Made by a program: the position numbers and the translations under genes. From a virus: a DNA stretch of 37,499 nt. Location of the stretch: positions 1 through 37,499 of the IMG/VR virus record IMGVR_UViG_3300045988_057146; one strand, written 5' to 3'. Numbering within the stretch: position 1 is the first letter of the stretch; every line of letters starts with the position of its first letter. A model generated the notes under the pieces. It was given only the letters and a program-made list of their open reading frames with translations. It was not told where the DNA came from and did not search any database. This document shows, piece by piece, positions 18,135 to 26,429 of this stretch.

Positions 18135-19472
18135 TTACCTCCTTAAGTCAATATATCCACTATGGGTTATAAATGTATAGCAGAACGAATCCCAATCATC
18201 ATTGATATTGTTTACGTTCTCATCCTTTGGGATATCTTCCTTTTCATCCCATACTAATTCGCTCAATGCGTTTATTAAGTTCTTACAATGTTCTTCTATT
18301 TTTAATCGTCCTGTTACAAGTAAGATATCAACCGTTATAGGACGGTCTGTAAGCTCATTCTTCTTAACTGGTGCAATTATACTTCCGTCTAATCCTTCGG
18401 CGTAAAAATAAGCTCTAAGCGTGTTTATTAATGTATTAGAAGCACTGTCCGGAAATATCCATTCAACATATCCGTAACATTCAATACATCGCTTATAGAA
18501 CCTTACAAACGCCTTACAGAACTTTGTTGCGTCAATTGAGTTTGACTTTGCCATGTCTCCTTCATCAAGTGCCCACATATAATCCCAATCGTTCGTAAAT
18601 CCTGTTAAGTGCCATGAATACTTTGAACCATTGTCTCCAAAATCAACGCCTATGATTAAATGACTGAACCTTTTCCCTTGTTCTTTCATCTTCTCTTTTA
18701 AATGTTGATATTTGAATAGGTAAGGTTTGCAGTCATTAGCAAAATAAGGGAACACAAGTCCTTCGGCAACCATTCTTTCCCCTAAAATATCTCGCTTGTA
18801 CCATACTGAATTCATGTCGTATTTGTTTTGGATTTCTTCGATTCTTTCTTGGCTCATTGTAGCATTATCAAAGATATTGAAATGCTCATATCTGTACCAA
18901 TCTAATCCCATGAATTTATCTATGTAATTCTTATAAATGTCTGCGTTTGGGTTTGATGGGTTTAAATCCCATAATGTAAATGGATGTACGCTTGCAATCT
19001 GTCTTGCCATCGCTACCTTGATAAAGCTTGTTCTAGAATCATCACAATCGTAATGCTCATTTATTTCGGTCGCTATCCATCCCCCATATGAGTTACCTAA
19101 TATGCTCTTATACGAATCGGACTTTCCACCACCTGTAAATATCACTATCTTTTCGCCTGTCTTTGTTTGGACAAATAGTGCTTCGTTTGATTTGTATTTA
19201 CCCCAACGACATCGTCCACGAAAGATATGCTCTAAGCCGAAACCATTGCAGTCACCTATATTTAATTTCGCATTCGGTAAGCTTGACCCACTCGCTAAAT
19301 GTATTTTATCTTCACATGTTTCCAAATACATTGAAAAGATTATGCAGTGGTCAATCGTTTTACCACTTCGTACCGCTCCTTCTGCTACACTTTGTTTGTA
19401 ATTTAGGGCGGTCTTAATATAGTTCTTATGTTTATCTGAGAATTTCCCCCAAGGAATCGTTCTTGTCATCAT
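18135..19472 (-). CDS. terL: Terminase large subunit (PBSX-type)
   Basis: Walker A-like GAVRSGKT, the right size, and an ATGA overlap with terS. Confidence 0.9.
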   Translation of the reverse strand: MMTRTIPWGKFSDKHKNYIKTALNYKQSVAEGAVRSGKTIDHCIIFSMYLETCEDKIHLASGSSLPNAKLNIGDCNGFGLEHIFRGRCRWGKYKSNEALFVQTKTGEKIVIFTGGGKSDSYKSILGNSYGGWIATEINEHYDCDDSRTSFIKVAMARQIASVHPFTLWDLNPSNPNADIYKNYIDKFMGLDWYRYEHFNIFDNATMSQERIEEIQNKYDMNSVWYKRDILGERMVAEGLVFPYFANDCKPYLFKYQHLKEKMKEQGKRFSHLIIGVDFGDNGSKYSWHLTGFTNDWDYMWALDEGDMAKSNSIDATKFCKAFVRFYKRCIECYGYVEWIFPDSASNTLINTLRAYFYAEGLDGSIIAPVKKNELTDRPITVDILLVTGRLKIEEHCKNLINALSELVWDEKEDIPKDENVNNINDDWDSFCYTFITHSGYIDLRR

Positions 19473-19810
19473 TTTAATAAATCTGCCAAAGGTGTTAAAT
19501 CCTCAATCTCATGTGTCATTGTCTGTTCAACCTTTTCGCTCTGTCCAAGCATTTGTTTACCTAACCAAATAAGCATAGTCGTATTCCCTTTTGAAGCCTT
19601 ATCAAATTGCATACGTCTTAAACTTCTTTTTGAGTGGCTTATACCTCTTTTATATGTCTGACAAAACTTTTTATTTCTTAATAATGTTCTTACCGAACAT
19701 CCTAGAAAATCTGCAATTTCTTCTTGAGTACATCCAATAGAAGCAAGTTTTTCAACTGCTTCATAATCAATCTTTATTCTTGGGCGTCCCCCTGCGTGTT
19801 TCTCTGCTAT
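19469..19810 (-). CDS. terS: Terminase small subunit
   Basis: HTH protein with AEKHAGGRPRIKIDYEAVEKLASIGCTQEEIA. The ATG at 19834 has no SD. ATA 19810-19808 lies 7 nt after AGGGGG and gives the typical (M)AEKHAGGRP N-terminus. Confidence 0.7.
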   Translation of the reverse strand: MAEKHAGGRPRIKIDYEAVEKLASIGCTQEEIADFLGCSVRTLLRNKKFCQTYKRGISHSKRSLRRMQFDKASKGNTTMLIWLGKQMLGQSEKVEQTMTHEIEDLTPLADLLK

Positions 19811-19811
19811 T

Positions 19812-19934
19812 TTAATACCCCCTATAACAATCATATTGATTCAATTGCTTTTTAAGCCTTTGTAATCTTTTTCTTAAATCTCTTTTTCTATATTCTGATG
19901 TCGTGTTTTCTAATTCTTCTTCAACGCTTTTCAT
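19812..19934 (-). CDS. Possible 40-aa coiled-coil ORF upstream of terS
   Basis: MKSVEEELENTTSEYRKRDLRKRLQRLKKQLNQYDCYRGY. The SD is weak. Its stop lies 1 nt before the terS ATA. Confidence 0.25.
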   Translation of the reverse strand: MKSVEEELENTTSEYRKRDLRKRLQRLKKQLNQYDCYRGY

Positions 19935-19953
19935 TTGGCGTAAATGTTCTTCT

Positions 19954-21261
19954 CTAGACGTGTCTTGCTTCTTCTGTTTCAAGTTCTGTAATCTCCTCTG
20001 TTCTTTTTAAGAATGTTACTGAATTATCATATTCGTAAACGATGTCATTATTTTCATCAAATCCTACAGGCTTTAGAACCTTTTCAAAAATCTTGTAAGG
20101 TGATTGTCCTGCTTTTGGTGAATTCCATAAATAATGCAAATAATCCTTCATTGTCATTCCTGCATATTTCGCCCTAGCTTCTGACGTATTTGTATTGAAG
20201 CCAATCGCTTTGTTACGCTCAAAATCTAAGAAGTACATATCCTTTTCAATATCTTTCCAATGTACTCTTCCATGTTTCTTTGCAATTTGTAAAGCTCCAC
20301 TAAAATTTCCTCTTGAGTAATCCCAATTCTTATCTAATGCACAACAACAACAGTTATTCGAGCATTCTTTAAAGTGTGCGTCTGATACATAGAATCTCAT
20401 GCCTAATTCATCACATAGTTCTTTCATCTTTTGAATGTATTTAGCCTTTACTTTTCTGTTAAGTCTTAAATATCCACTTCCATTTGAATGTTTTCTATAA
20501 AAATCTACAATATCAAATCCTGCACATTCACTAATCACATCATAATGCTCCTTAGCTTGCTTAATAGAGCGCATTTCTAAGCAAAAGAACTCTGTAGTAA
20601 CCGCAGTAGCTCCTGCCTTTTTGGCTTCTCTAATTAAATCTAGGTAGGTTTTATCTGATACTCCTACAATAAATGGACGCAACCTTAAAGTTGCACCACC
20701 TTTTGATAATTCAGTGTATTTTTTCATTGCTTCAAGTCTTTTCCTTGGACTTGGTACACCTACTTCGATTTTTCTTGCGTCCTCTTCATCTAGTGTGATG
20801 ATACTAAACTTAACATTCCAATTATCTGCGCCTTTGAACAATTCTTGATATTTAGGGTCGTTAAATACCCATGCCGATTTCGTACTAAAACAGATAGGAT
20901 AGTTAATAGATTTCAAATACTTGAGCATTTCATAGGTTTTACCATATTTCTTTTCATATCCGTCGAATTGGTCTGATAAACCACCATATTGAATAGGACG
21001 TCTGTCTTTAATGTATTTATAGAATTGTGATTTTGTATCTTCTCCACTGAAAATCTTTTTGCATTTCTCAACATTGATACATTTCACATCTTTATTAAGA
21101 TATGCTTCTTTACTTGCACCAATACCTCTTTGATATTGGCTAAAACAATAAACACATCCAAATGAACAGTTGGAATATGTGTCAAATGTTACCGGTAATG
21201 AGCAATCTGCGATTTCTCCTGTCCATCTTGGTGATAAATATGTCTCACTGATTTTATTCAC
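19954..21261 (-). CDS. Radical SAM enzyme (SplB / COG1533-like)
   Basis: CSFGCVYC CxxxCxxC cluster near the N-terminus and a second Cys cluster, CSNNCCCC. The GTG start lies 6 nt after GGAGGA. Confidence 0.75.
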   Translation of the reverse strand: MNKISETYLSPRWTGEIADCSLPVTFDTYSNCSFGCVYCFSQYQRGIGASKEAYLNKDVKCINVEKCKKIFSGEDTKSQFYKYIKDRRPIQYGGLSDQFDGYEKKYGKTYEMLKYLKSINYPICFSTKSAWVFNDPKYQELFKGADNWNVKFSIITLDEEDARKIEVGVPSPRKRLEAMKKYTELSKGGATLRLRPFIVGVSDKTYLDLIREAKKAGATAVTTEFFCLEMRSIKQAKEHYDVISECAGFDIVDFYRKHSNGSGYLRLNRKVKAKYIQKMKELCDELGMRFYVSDAHFKECSNNCCCCALDKNWDYSRGNFSGALQIAKKHGRVHWKDIEKDMYFLDFERNKAIGFNTNTSEARAKYAGMTMKDYLHYLWNSPKAGQSPYKIFEKVLKPVGFDENNDIVYEYDNSVTFLKRTEEITELETEEARHV

Positions 21262-21262
21262 C

Positions 21263-22030
21263 TTATATCCTCCATTTTCTTTTAATAATTAAGTTATTTC
21301 CTCTAATTGTTACCATGTCATCATATTTTCTTTTCAATAAATTTAGATATTGCTTTTGTATGTTTGTGGTTTTATATATTTCATAATATCCGCCTTTTTC
21401 TTTTCCCATTCTTGCTTTATTTGCAATAATGGTATTATTGCGTGCTATAATCTCTCCTTGTCTTATCAATCTAAGACATAGTTCATAGTCATCTAAAATT
21501 TTCATTTTTTCATCATATACAATCTTGTTATTTTTTATAATGAAATTGAATCCACCTTGCAAAAGTGTGTTATACGAATATTTTTCACCTGTCCTATTTA
21601 GCTTTGAAATGTTCATTTTATTGTCGATTGATATTACACCCGCATAATTAATTCCGTTTTTCTGCATAAAATCAAATATCTTTTTAACTTCACGCTCAAA
21701 CTTATTTGTCAAATTTATTAAACGTCCACATTTAGTTTCTGAACATTCATACCATTTTTGAAAGGGCCTTATATCATCATCTAACAATAGTATTTTTGAA
21801 CCATTTTCAAATTGATTTAGACATGTATTCCTATTGAATGATACATACATACCTTCTCTTAAAATGATTCTCGCTCGGCTTCCTAAATTCTGCCTGTAAG
21901 CTTTATAATCATTTGAATCATTTAAACATACAACAATTCTTTCATCTTCAATCCCACATTCTTTTAGTGCGTGATATGTTTTACATTTTGGTCTATGATA
22001 ACTTGCTATTGCATAATAGATGTTATTCAT
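21263..22030 (-). CDS. GT-A-fold glycosyltransferase-like protein
   Basis: N-terminal beta-strand IASYHRP and an acidic LLLDDDI motif suggest a DxD glycosyltransferase. It is translationally coupled to both neighbours. The fold call is tentative. Confidence 0.4.
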   Translation of the reverse strand: MNNIYYAIASYHRPKCKTYHALKECGIEDERIVVCLNDSNDYKAYRQNLGSRARIILREGMYVSFNRNTCLNQFENGSKILLLDDDIRPFQKWYECSETKCGRLINLTNKFEREVKKIFDFMQKNGINYAGVISIDNKMNISKLNRTGEKYSYNTLLQGGFNFIIKNNKIVYDEKMKILDDYELCLRLIRQGEIIARNNTIIANKARMGKEKGGYYEIYKTTNIQKQYLNLLKRKYDDMVTIRGNNLIIKRKWRI

Positions 22031-22604
22031 GCATTAATTCCTTGATGTCGTAGCACACTTTTAATTCAGTTACCTGTAAAAGTTTCTCTAAGAATAGTTG
22101 TTCTTCCTCTGTTTCATATGTAATGATTACACGTTGCTTTTTTAGCATTTCTTCTGAATGTTCGCTAAATGCGTCCATAAGCTCATTATCATATCCTTCC
22201 GCTTCCATATCCTCAGTTAATGCACTAATTTCAAAATCGCCGAATCCGAAATCTCTCATGTCGATTCCGTCAATTTCTTCAAGCTCTTCCATTTCTGTTT
22301 TTAATGCGTCTAAATCCCATGAAGCTTTTTCTGCCGTTTTATTATCTGCAATTCTAAACGCTTTTACTTGCTCATCTGTTAAATCATCTGCAACCACGCA
22401 AGGAACAGTTTCTAAGCCTAATTCTTGACTAGCTTTATATCGTGTATGACCTGCAACAATCACTCCATTTTTATCAATAACAATAGGCACTTTGAAGCCG
22501 AACTCCTCAATAGAATTTTTAACAAATTTCACTGCTCCATCATTGATTCTAGGGTTATTCTCATAAGGCTTTAGCTCATTTAATCTTTTTTCAACAATGT
22601 TCAT
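22023..22604 (-). CDS. ParB-like nuclease (ParB N-terminal) domain protein
   Basis: LKPYENNPRINDGAVKFVKNSIEEFGFKVPIVIDKNGVIVAGHTRYKA is a classic ParB/Srx motif. A strong SD is present. Confidence 0.8.
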   Translation of the reverse strand: MNIVEKRLNELKPYENNPRINDGAVKFVKNSIEEFGFKVPIVIDKNGVIVAGHTRYKASQELGLETVPCVVADDLTDEQVKAFRIADNKTAEKASWDLDALKTEMEELEEIDGIDMRDFGFGDFEISALTEDMEAEGYDNELMDAFSEHSEEMLKKQRVIITYETEEEQLFLEKLLQVTELKVCYDIKELMHE

Positions 22605-22621
22605 TATTCTCCTCCTTATTA

Positions 22622-22648
22622 TTAAAAGAACCGAGACAAACGCTCGGT
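22622..22648 (-). terminator. Terminator-like hairpin between the tRNA-like gene and the late operon
   Basis: ACCGAG/CTCGGT stem with a 7-nt loop, followed by TCTTTTA on the minus strand. It lies about 15 nt before the ParB SD. Confidence 0.5.
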
Positions 22649-22728
22649 AATATAAAAGCCTAATTGTATGCCATTGTTGGTATTTAATATCTAATTTGGG
22701 AAGGACTTACTGATAGGCTTTGTAATCA

Positions 22729-22804
22729 TGGTTGCAGGAGAAGGATTTGCACCGTTCGACCTCTAGCTAATAAGACTAGTGAGCTACTACTGCTCTATCC
22801 TGCT
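22729..22804 (-). tRNA. Non-canonical tRNA-like gene, anticodon UAU (reads AUA)
   Basis: Hand-folded 76-nt cloverleaf. Acceptor AGCAGGA/TCCTGCA has 6 bp plus an A1xA72 mismatch. U8 is present. D stem is GAGC/GCTC (A11:U24). Anticodon stem is CTAGT/GCTAG with loop CTTATTA, giving anticodon TAT at 22772-22770. T arm is GAA(C)GG-TGCAAAT-CCTTC. A73 and an encoded CCA follow. Odd features are a bulged C in the T stem, G55, a D loop without GG, and U37. Confidence 0.6.
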
Positions 22805-22821
22805 AACACAATTATTACATG

Positions 22822-22844
22822 AAAAAATGCTCACATTGTGAGCA
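22822..22844 (-). terminator. Rho-independent terminator overlapping the 3' end of the regulator gene (hairpin copy 2)
   Basis: TGCTCAC/GTGAGCA stem followed by T6 on the minus strand. It contains GCTCACATTGTGAGC. Confidence 0.6.
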
Positions 22845-23157
22845 CTTTTTTTAAATTCTTGTTTATTTTTCTTGGAATTTCTTCTCTCGCATAGCCTACA
22901 ATATTAGATGTCTTTTCTGCACTGAATCCCTTTATATATCTATACTCAATCATGGCTCGAGTCGTATCATCAAGTTGGCTTAATTTGTCTTTTACATAGT
23001 TCATTCTTCTTGCATAATCCGCATGAGCCAAGAATAACTCGGCTTTTAAAGGATAAATTGCTTCATCTCTTTGTAGCTCTGCTATCTTTTGCTCATAGTA
23101 TGTATAAGATTGGCATTCGCATAGAAAATGCTTTTTAACTTCTTCATATGTGCTCAT
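22831..23157 (-). CDS. Late-gene transcriptional regulator-like protein (ArpU/RinA/sigma region-4-like)
   Basis: 108 aa. C-terminal RAMIEYRYIKGFSAEKTSNIVGYAREEIPRKINKNLKK is HTH-like. It is the last early gene before the packaging module. Confidence 0.5.
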   Translation of the reverse strand: MSTYEEVKKHFLCECQSYTYYEQKIAELQRDEAIYPLKAELFLAHADYARRMNYVKDKLSQLDDTTRAMIEYRYIKGFSAEKTSNIVGYAREEIPRKINKNLKKVLTM

Positions 23158-23348
23158 GACGTATACATCCTCATTAATCTATTTTCTAATTTGCCAACTT
23201 TATTTTTTAATCTATTAATCTCGTGTGTTTGATTATGAATTGTTGCATTTCTTTCTTTTAAAGTCTGCTCCAATTCAATATTCTTCCTTCCTAGTCTATT
23301 GTTTTTAGAAATTAACTTTTTAATCCTTTCTTCATAATTCATTTCTAT
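23154..23348 (-). CDS. Small coiled-coil protein
   Basis: The GTG at 23357 is part of the GGAGGTG SD. ATA 23348 lies 8 nt after GGAGG. An ATG at 23342 is an alternative start. Confidence 0.5.
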   Translation of the reverse strand: MEMNYEERIKKLISKNNRLGRKNIELEQTLKERNATIHNQTHEINRLKNKVGKLENRLMRMYTS

Positions 23349-23360
23349 TAATTTCACCTC

Positions 23361-23843
23361 CTAGAATGGTAAATCATCTGAAGCAATGTCTAAATAGTTT
23401 TCATTATATTCTTGTTGTGCAATTTGTTGTGTCAAACTAGGTTGCGTATATGTGCTTTGCACGCCGTAATTGTTGTTATTTGCTTGATTAGGTTGTTGAT
23501 ATGTATTTATATTAGAATTGTAATTCTGCCCATTAGAAGCGCTTTTAGGCGGTAATTGTACGTTACTAGCTACCACCTCAGTGATATAAATTCTTTGTCC
23601 TTGCTGGTTATCATAATTTCTAACACTTATTCTTCCTTCTATTGTCACTAAATCGCCTTTCTTACAATACATATTTACAATATCTGCGAGCTTGTTCCAT
23701 GCTACGCAATTAATAAAATCTGTAGTGTTATTAAATCCGTTTACTGCTACCGTAAACTTTGCTACGCTATTTCCATTTTGTGTTTTTAATAGTTCGACAT
23801 CTTTTGTTAGATGTCCTGCTATTACTGCTACATTAATACTCAT
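23361..23843 (-). CDS. ssb: Single-stranded DNA-binding protein
   Basis: OB-fold N-terminus (NVAVIAGHLTKDVEL...FINCVAWNKLA), a Q/N-rich linker and a C-terminal DDLPF tail. Confidence 0.9.
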   Translation of the reverse strand: MSINVAVIAGHLTKDVELLKTQNGNSVAKFTVAVNGFNNTTDFINCVAWNKLADIVNMYCKKGDLVTIEGRISVRNYDNQQGQRIYITEVVASNVQLPPKSASNGQNYNSNINTYQQPNQANNNNYGVQSTYTQPSLTQQIAQQEYNENYLDIASDDLPF

Positions 23844-23856
23844 TTATATTTCCTCC

Positions 23857-24261
23857 TCAATTTACAATCTTTCTTCCACAATTTGGGCAATACTTAGGTC
23901 TGTAATCGTAAAAGAACCTTTTTCCATCATCTTCATCAATTTCAATTTGTTGATACTCACTCAATACAATTCCACAATTAGAACATTCAAATTCATCAAT
24001 TGAATCAAATTCTGATAAATTAGTACAAGTCTTTTCATCTAGCCATCCCAACTCCTTCTTTTGCTGCTGAACAGCTTTGCTTTCCTCAGAATTAAACATT
24101 CTTAATCCCATTCCACATTCGCAATAAGCTTGTTTTGTTTTTAAATCGAAAACGATTAGAGTTGTAGTTCTGTAGACGGTTTTTGCGTAACTGATGCGTT
24201 GCTTATAGTGCTTGTATTCATATCCCAGTTTTTCAAACATTTCTCTAGCGTTCATCTTCAT
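23857..24261 (-). CDS. Hypothetical zinc-ribbon protein
   Basis: CxC...CSNCG...CPNCG motifs. An SD is present. Confidence 0.5.
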   Translation of the reverse strand: MKMNAREMFEKLGYEYKHYKQRISYAKTVYRTTTLIVFDLKTKQAYCECGMGLRMFNSEESKAVQQQKKELGWLDEKTCTNLSEFDSIDEFECSNCGIVLSEYQQIEIDEDDGKRFFYDYRPKYCPNCGRKIVN

Positions 24262-24610
24262 TCTCCTTATAAGGTTCAGGCAGTGGCATCCAAGCTAAAT
24301 TTTTTAAATCAGTTCCGCTTTCAAGTCCATATCCTTCATCTGCTTCACACCATGCATCTTCCCATACGTTATTACCATCAGATACAAGTATATCTTCGCC
24401 ATCATCCGGAATTTGACAGTAAAGAAAGCCATCCTCCATTTCAAATGGAATCCACTCAAATGAATCTGATTTATCAACTAATTCTTTTAACCAATCCATA
24501 GAATTAGACATTTCTTCCATAGTCGGCTTATATCCATCTTCTCTTTCTTCCCCACACATTAAGTGAAGCAATGTATCTATTACTTCAATAGCTTTTTGAT
24601 ATTTATTCAT
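24245..24610 (-). CDS. DUF551-like protein
   Basis: C-terminal LAWMPLPEPYKE and an acidic W-rich region are typical of DUF551 (from memory). Confidence 0.55.
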   Translation of the reverse strand: MNKYQKAIEVIDTLLHLMCGEEREDGYKPTMEEMSNSMDWLKELVDKSDSFEWIPFEMEDGFLYCQIPDDGEDILVSDGNNVWEDAWCEADEGYGLESGTDLKNLAWMPLPEPYKENEDER

Positions 24611-24869
24611 ATGCCTTTAATTCCTCTTTAAGCTCGTTTATAGCTTCTTTAACTTGTTTCAAGTCTAAATATACGTTAGAAACTAAATCTGCCATCACGC
24701 AATTAGAATAGCCTTGTAACGCACTTGATAATGTAGAGTGAAAGGAAATCTGTTTCTTGGCTTCCGTTATACTCCCATCTTTTCTTTCTTGAATTACATA
24801 TTTAAACAACGTGTAGCTTTTTCCGTCTGATTCAATTTCATAACCGTTTTTTAACTTAATCATTTTCAT
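24603..24869 (-). CDS. Hypothetical early protein
   Basis: ORF with AAGGAGA upstream. The start is ATG 24869 or 24863. Confidence 0.5.
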   Translation of the reverse strand: MKMIKLKNGYEIESDGKSYTLFKYVIQERKDGSITEAKKQISFHSTLSSALQGYSNCVMADLVSNVYLDLKQVKEAINELKEELKAYE

Positions 24870-24876
24870 TCTCCTT

Positions 24877-25182
24877 TTAACTCATTAATCTATTTTTGTA
24901 ACGATTATCCAATTCTTCCATAACATGCTTTCCACCATATAGTTTCGATGCGTAAACAATGTAGTCTAATTCATCTAGCATACTGTTCATCAAATCTTTA
25001 TTGGTACAGACAAATTTAATATTCTTTTGCAAAGATAAATAAGTTTGCTCAATTTGTTTATCGATTTCAGAAGCATTGCTTTTATCTAATCTGATAAAAG
25101 TATTTATTTTTATGGCATTTTCTCTTTGCTTTTTTCTTTCCTTTTCTAAGTTTTTTTTCAATTCTTTATCATTCATCTTCAT
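24877..25182 (-). CDS. Hypothetical early protein
   Basis: ORF tightly packed in the operon. Confidence 0.45.
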   Translation of the reverse strand: MKMNDKELKKNLEKERKKQRENAIKINTFIRLDKSNASEIDKQIEQTYLSLQKNIKFVCTNKDLMNSMLDELDYIVYASKLYGGKHVMEELDNRYKNRLMS

Positions 25183-25540
25183 CTTCTTCTTTCTGTTTCA
25201 CTAATTCTTCATATTTATCGGCTATAAATCCATCCATATCTTGTTTTGTGAACCCTAGATTTAATAAATCATCTTTGTAATACATTCCATAGGTCCATGA
25301 ATCTACATTTAAATATTGCTCTAGTGAATAGGTCACAGTGTTTGCCAATTTACAATTACGTTCTAGAATGTATTTCTTATACTGCTCTATTTTTTCAACC
25401 AAATCATTTATTTCTTTTTTGGCTTGTGCAACATCTTCATTATGTGATTCTTGTCCCTTTTTGAGTTCTCCTTTTAAATACTCGTTATTACGTTTTAAAG
25501 AATCATATGTTTCTAGTGACATTTGAACAAACTCTTTCAT
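25169..25540 (-). CDS. Hypothetical early coiled-coil protein
   Basis: TAATG overlap with the upstream stop. GAGGAGGA lies upstream. Confidence 0.5.
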   Translation of the reverse strand: MKEFVQMSLETYDSLKRNNEYLKGELKKGQESHNEDVAQAKKEINDLVEKIEQYKKYILERNCKLANTVTYSLEQYLNVDSWTYGMYYKDDLLNLGFTKQDMDGFIADKYEELVKQKEEDEDE

Positions 25541-25821
25541 TAAAAATCATCCTCCTCATTTGAATTATCATTAACTCTTTTGTTCCAAGCGTCTATAGCT
25601 TCTTGCTTTGAAGTGTAGATGTAACATCCTTGTATCTCACCCAAATTAGTCGCTATTGGACAACTATCTGTTGAATTACTTATATCATGGATAATCACAT
25701 AGCCTACTCCGCTATATGGGTCTTCTAAATAACTCTCACTTTTTAGATTTCCCTCATCATCCGTTACCTGTATTCTTGCTTCTCCATCGCAAAATGGGCA
25801 TAGCTTTAATTTCTCTGTCAT
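25540..25821 (-). CDS. Lar-family restriction-alleviation-like protein
   Basis: LCPFCDGEA near the N-terminus and AIDAWNKRV near the C-terminus match the Lar_restr_allev pattern (from memory). Confidence 0.6.
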   Translation of the reverse strand: MTEKLKLCPFCDGEARIQVTDDEGNLKSESYLEDPYSGVGYVIIHDISNSTDSCPIATNLGEIQGCYIYTSKQEAIDAWNKRVNDNSNEEDDF

Positions 25822-26057
25822 TCTTCCACCTCTTCATCCGCAGGCATTTGATATACCACTGTTCCTTCTAAATCAAATTCATTCAATTGATTCTCGATTT
25901 CATCCAACACTCTCATAGCTTTTTCTAGGCTCGAATAATTACCTAAAAAATAGTTGAAACTTTCTCCAATATTGTATATTTGGCATTTATCCGTACCGCC
26001 GACATAAATTTTATCAGCATCAATTAATAATCTATCGTCCTGACTTCTAATCCACAT
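25818..26057 (-). CDS. Hypothetical early protein
   Basis: ATG lies 6 nt after AAGGAGAA. Confidence 0.5.
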   Translation of the reverse strand: MWIRSQDDRLLIDADKIYVGGTDKCQIYNIGESFNYFLGNYSSLEKAMRVLDEIENQLNEFDLEGTVVYQMPADEEVEE

Positions 26058-26059
26058 AC

Positions 26060-26428
26060 TTATTTCTCCTTTTCTGTAACCAATCTCATATTTATTTCCG
26101 TTAATTCTTGGATTCTCTTTTTAGTTTCTAATTCCATGTATGTTTCTAAATCTAACGAATTAAAATAATCATCCATATTGCTTAATCCGTATTTATCTTG
26201 TTCTTCTTTAGTGAATGTAAGGTTGTTCTGATTGTGTCCTTGTTCATCAAGTACAAATTCGTAATCTCCTTCAGTTGTTCCACCATTCTGTAAATTCATA
26301 TATTGGATGTTTCCGTCATCATCTAAATACAATCTGTCATGTTGGTCAGTTCCTACAATGTGGATATATCCAGTATCTTTATCTCTTACATAAATAAGAA
26401 TTGCTTTCAAATAATTTGGGTTATACAT
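26060..26428 (-). CDS. Hypothetical early protein
   Basis: ORF in the operon. No family recognised. Confidence 0.5.
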   Translation of the reverse strand: MYNPNYLKAILIYVRDKDTGYIHIVGTDQHDRLYLDDDGNIQYMNLQNGGTTEGDYEFVLDEQGHNQNNLTFTKEEQDKYGLSNMDDYFNSLDLETYMELETKKRIQELTEINMRLVTEKEK

Positions 26429-26429
26429 C

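Noticed and set aside
22729-22804. The tRNA-like sequence as a remnant of a tRNA integration target (an attP/attB fragment).
   Set aside because: It is a full-length cloverleaf with an encoded CCA, located 11 kb from int. A separate, complete attP-like site exists at 33887-34058.
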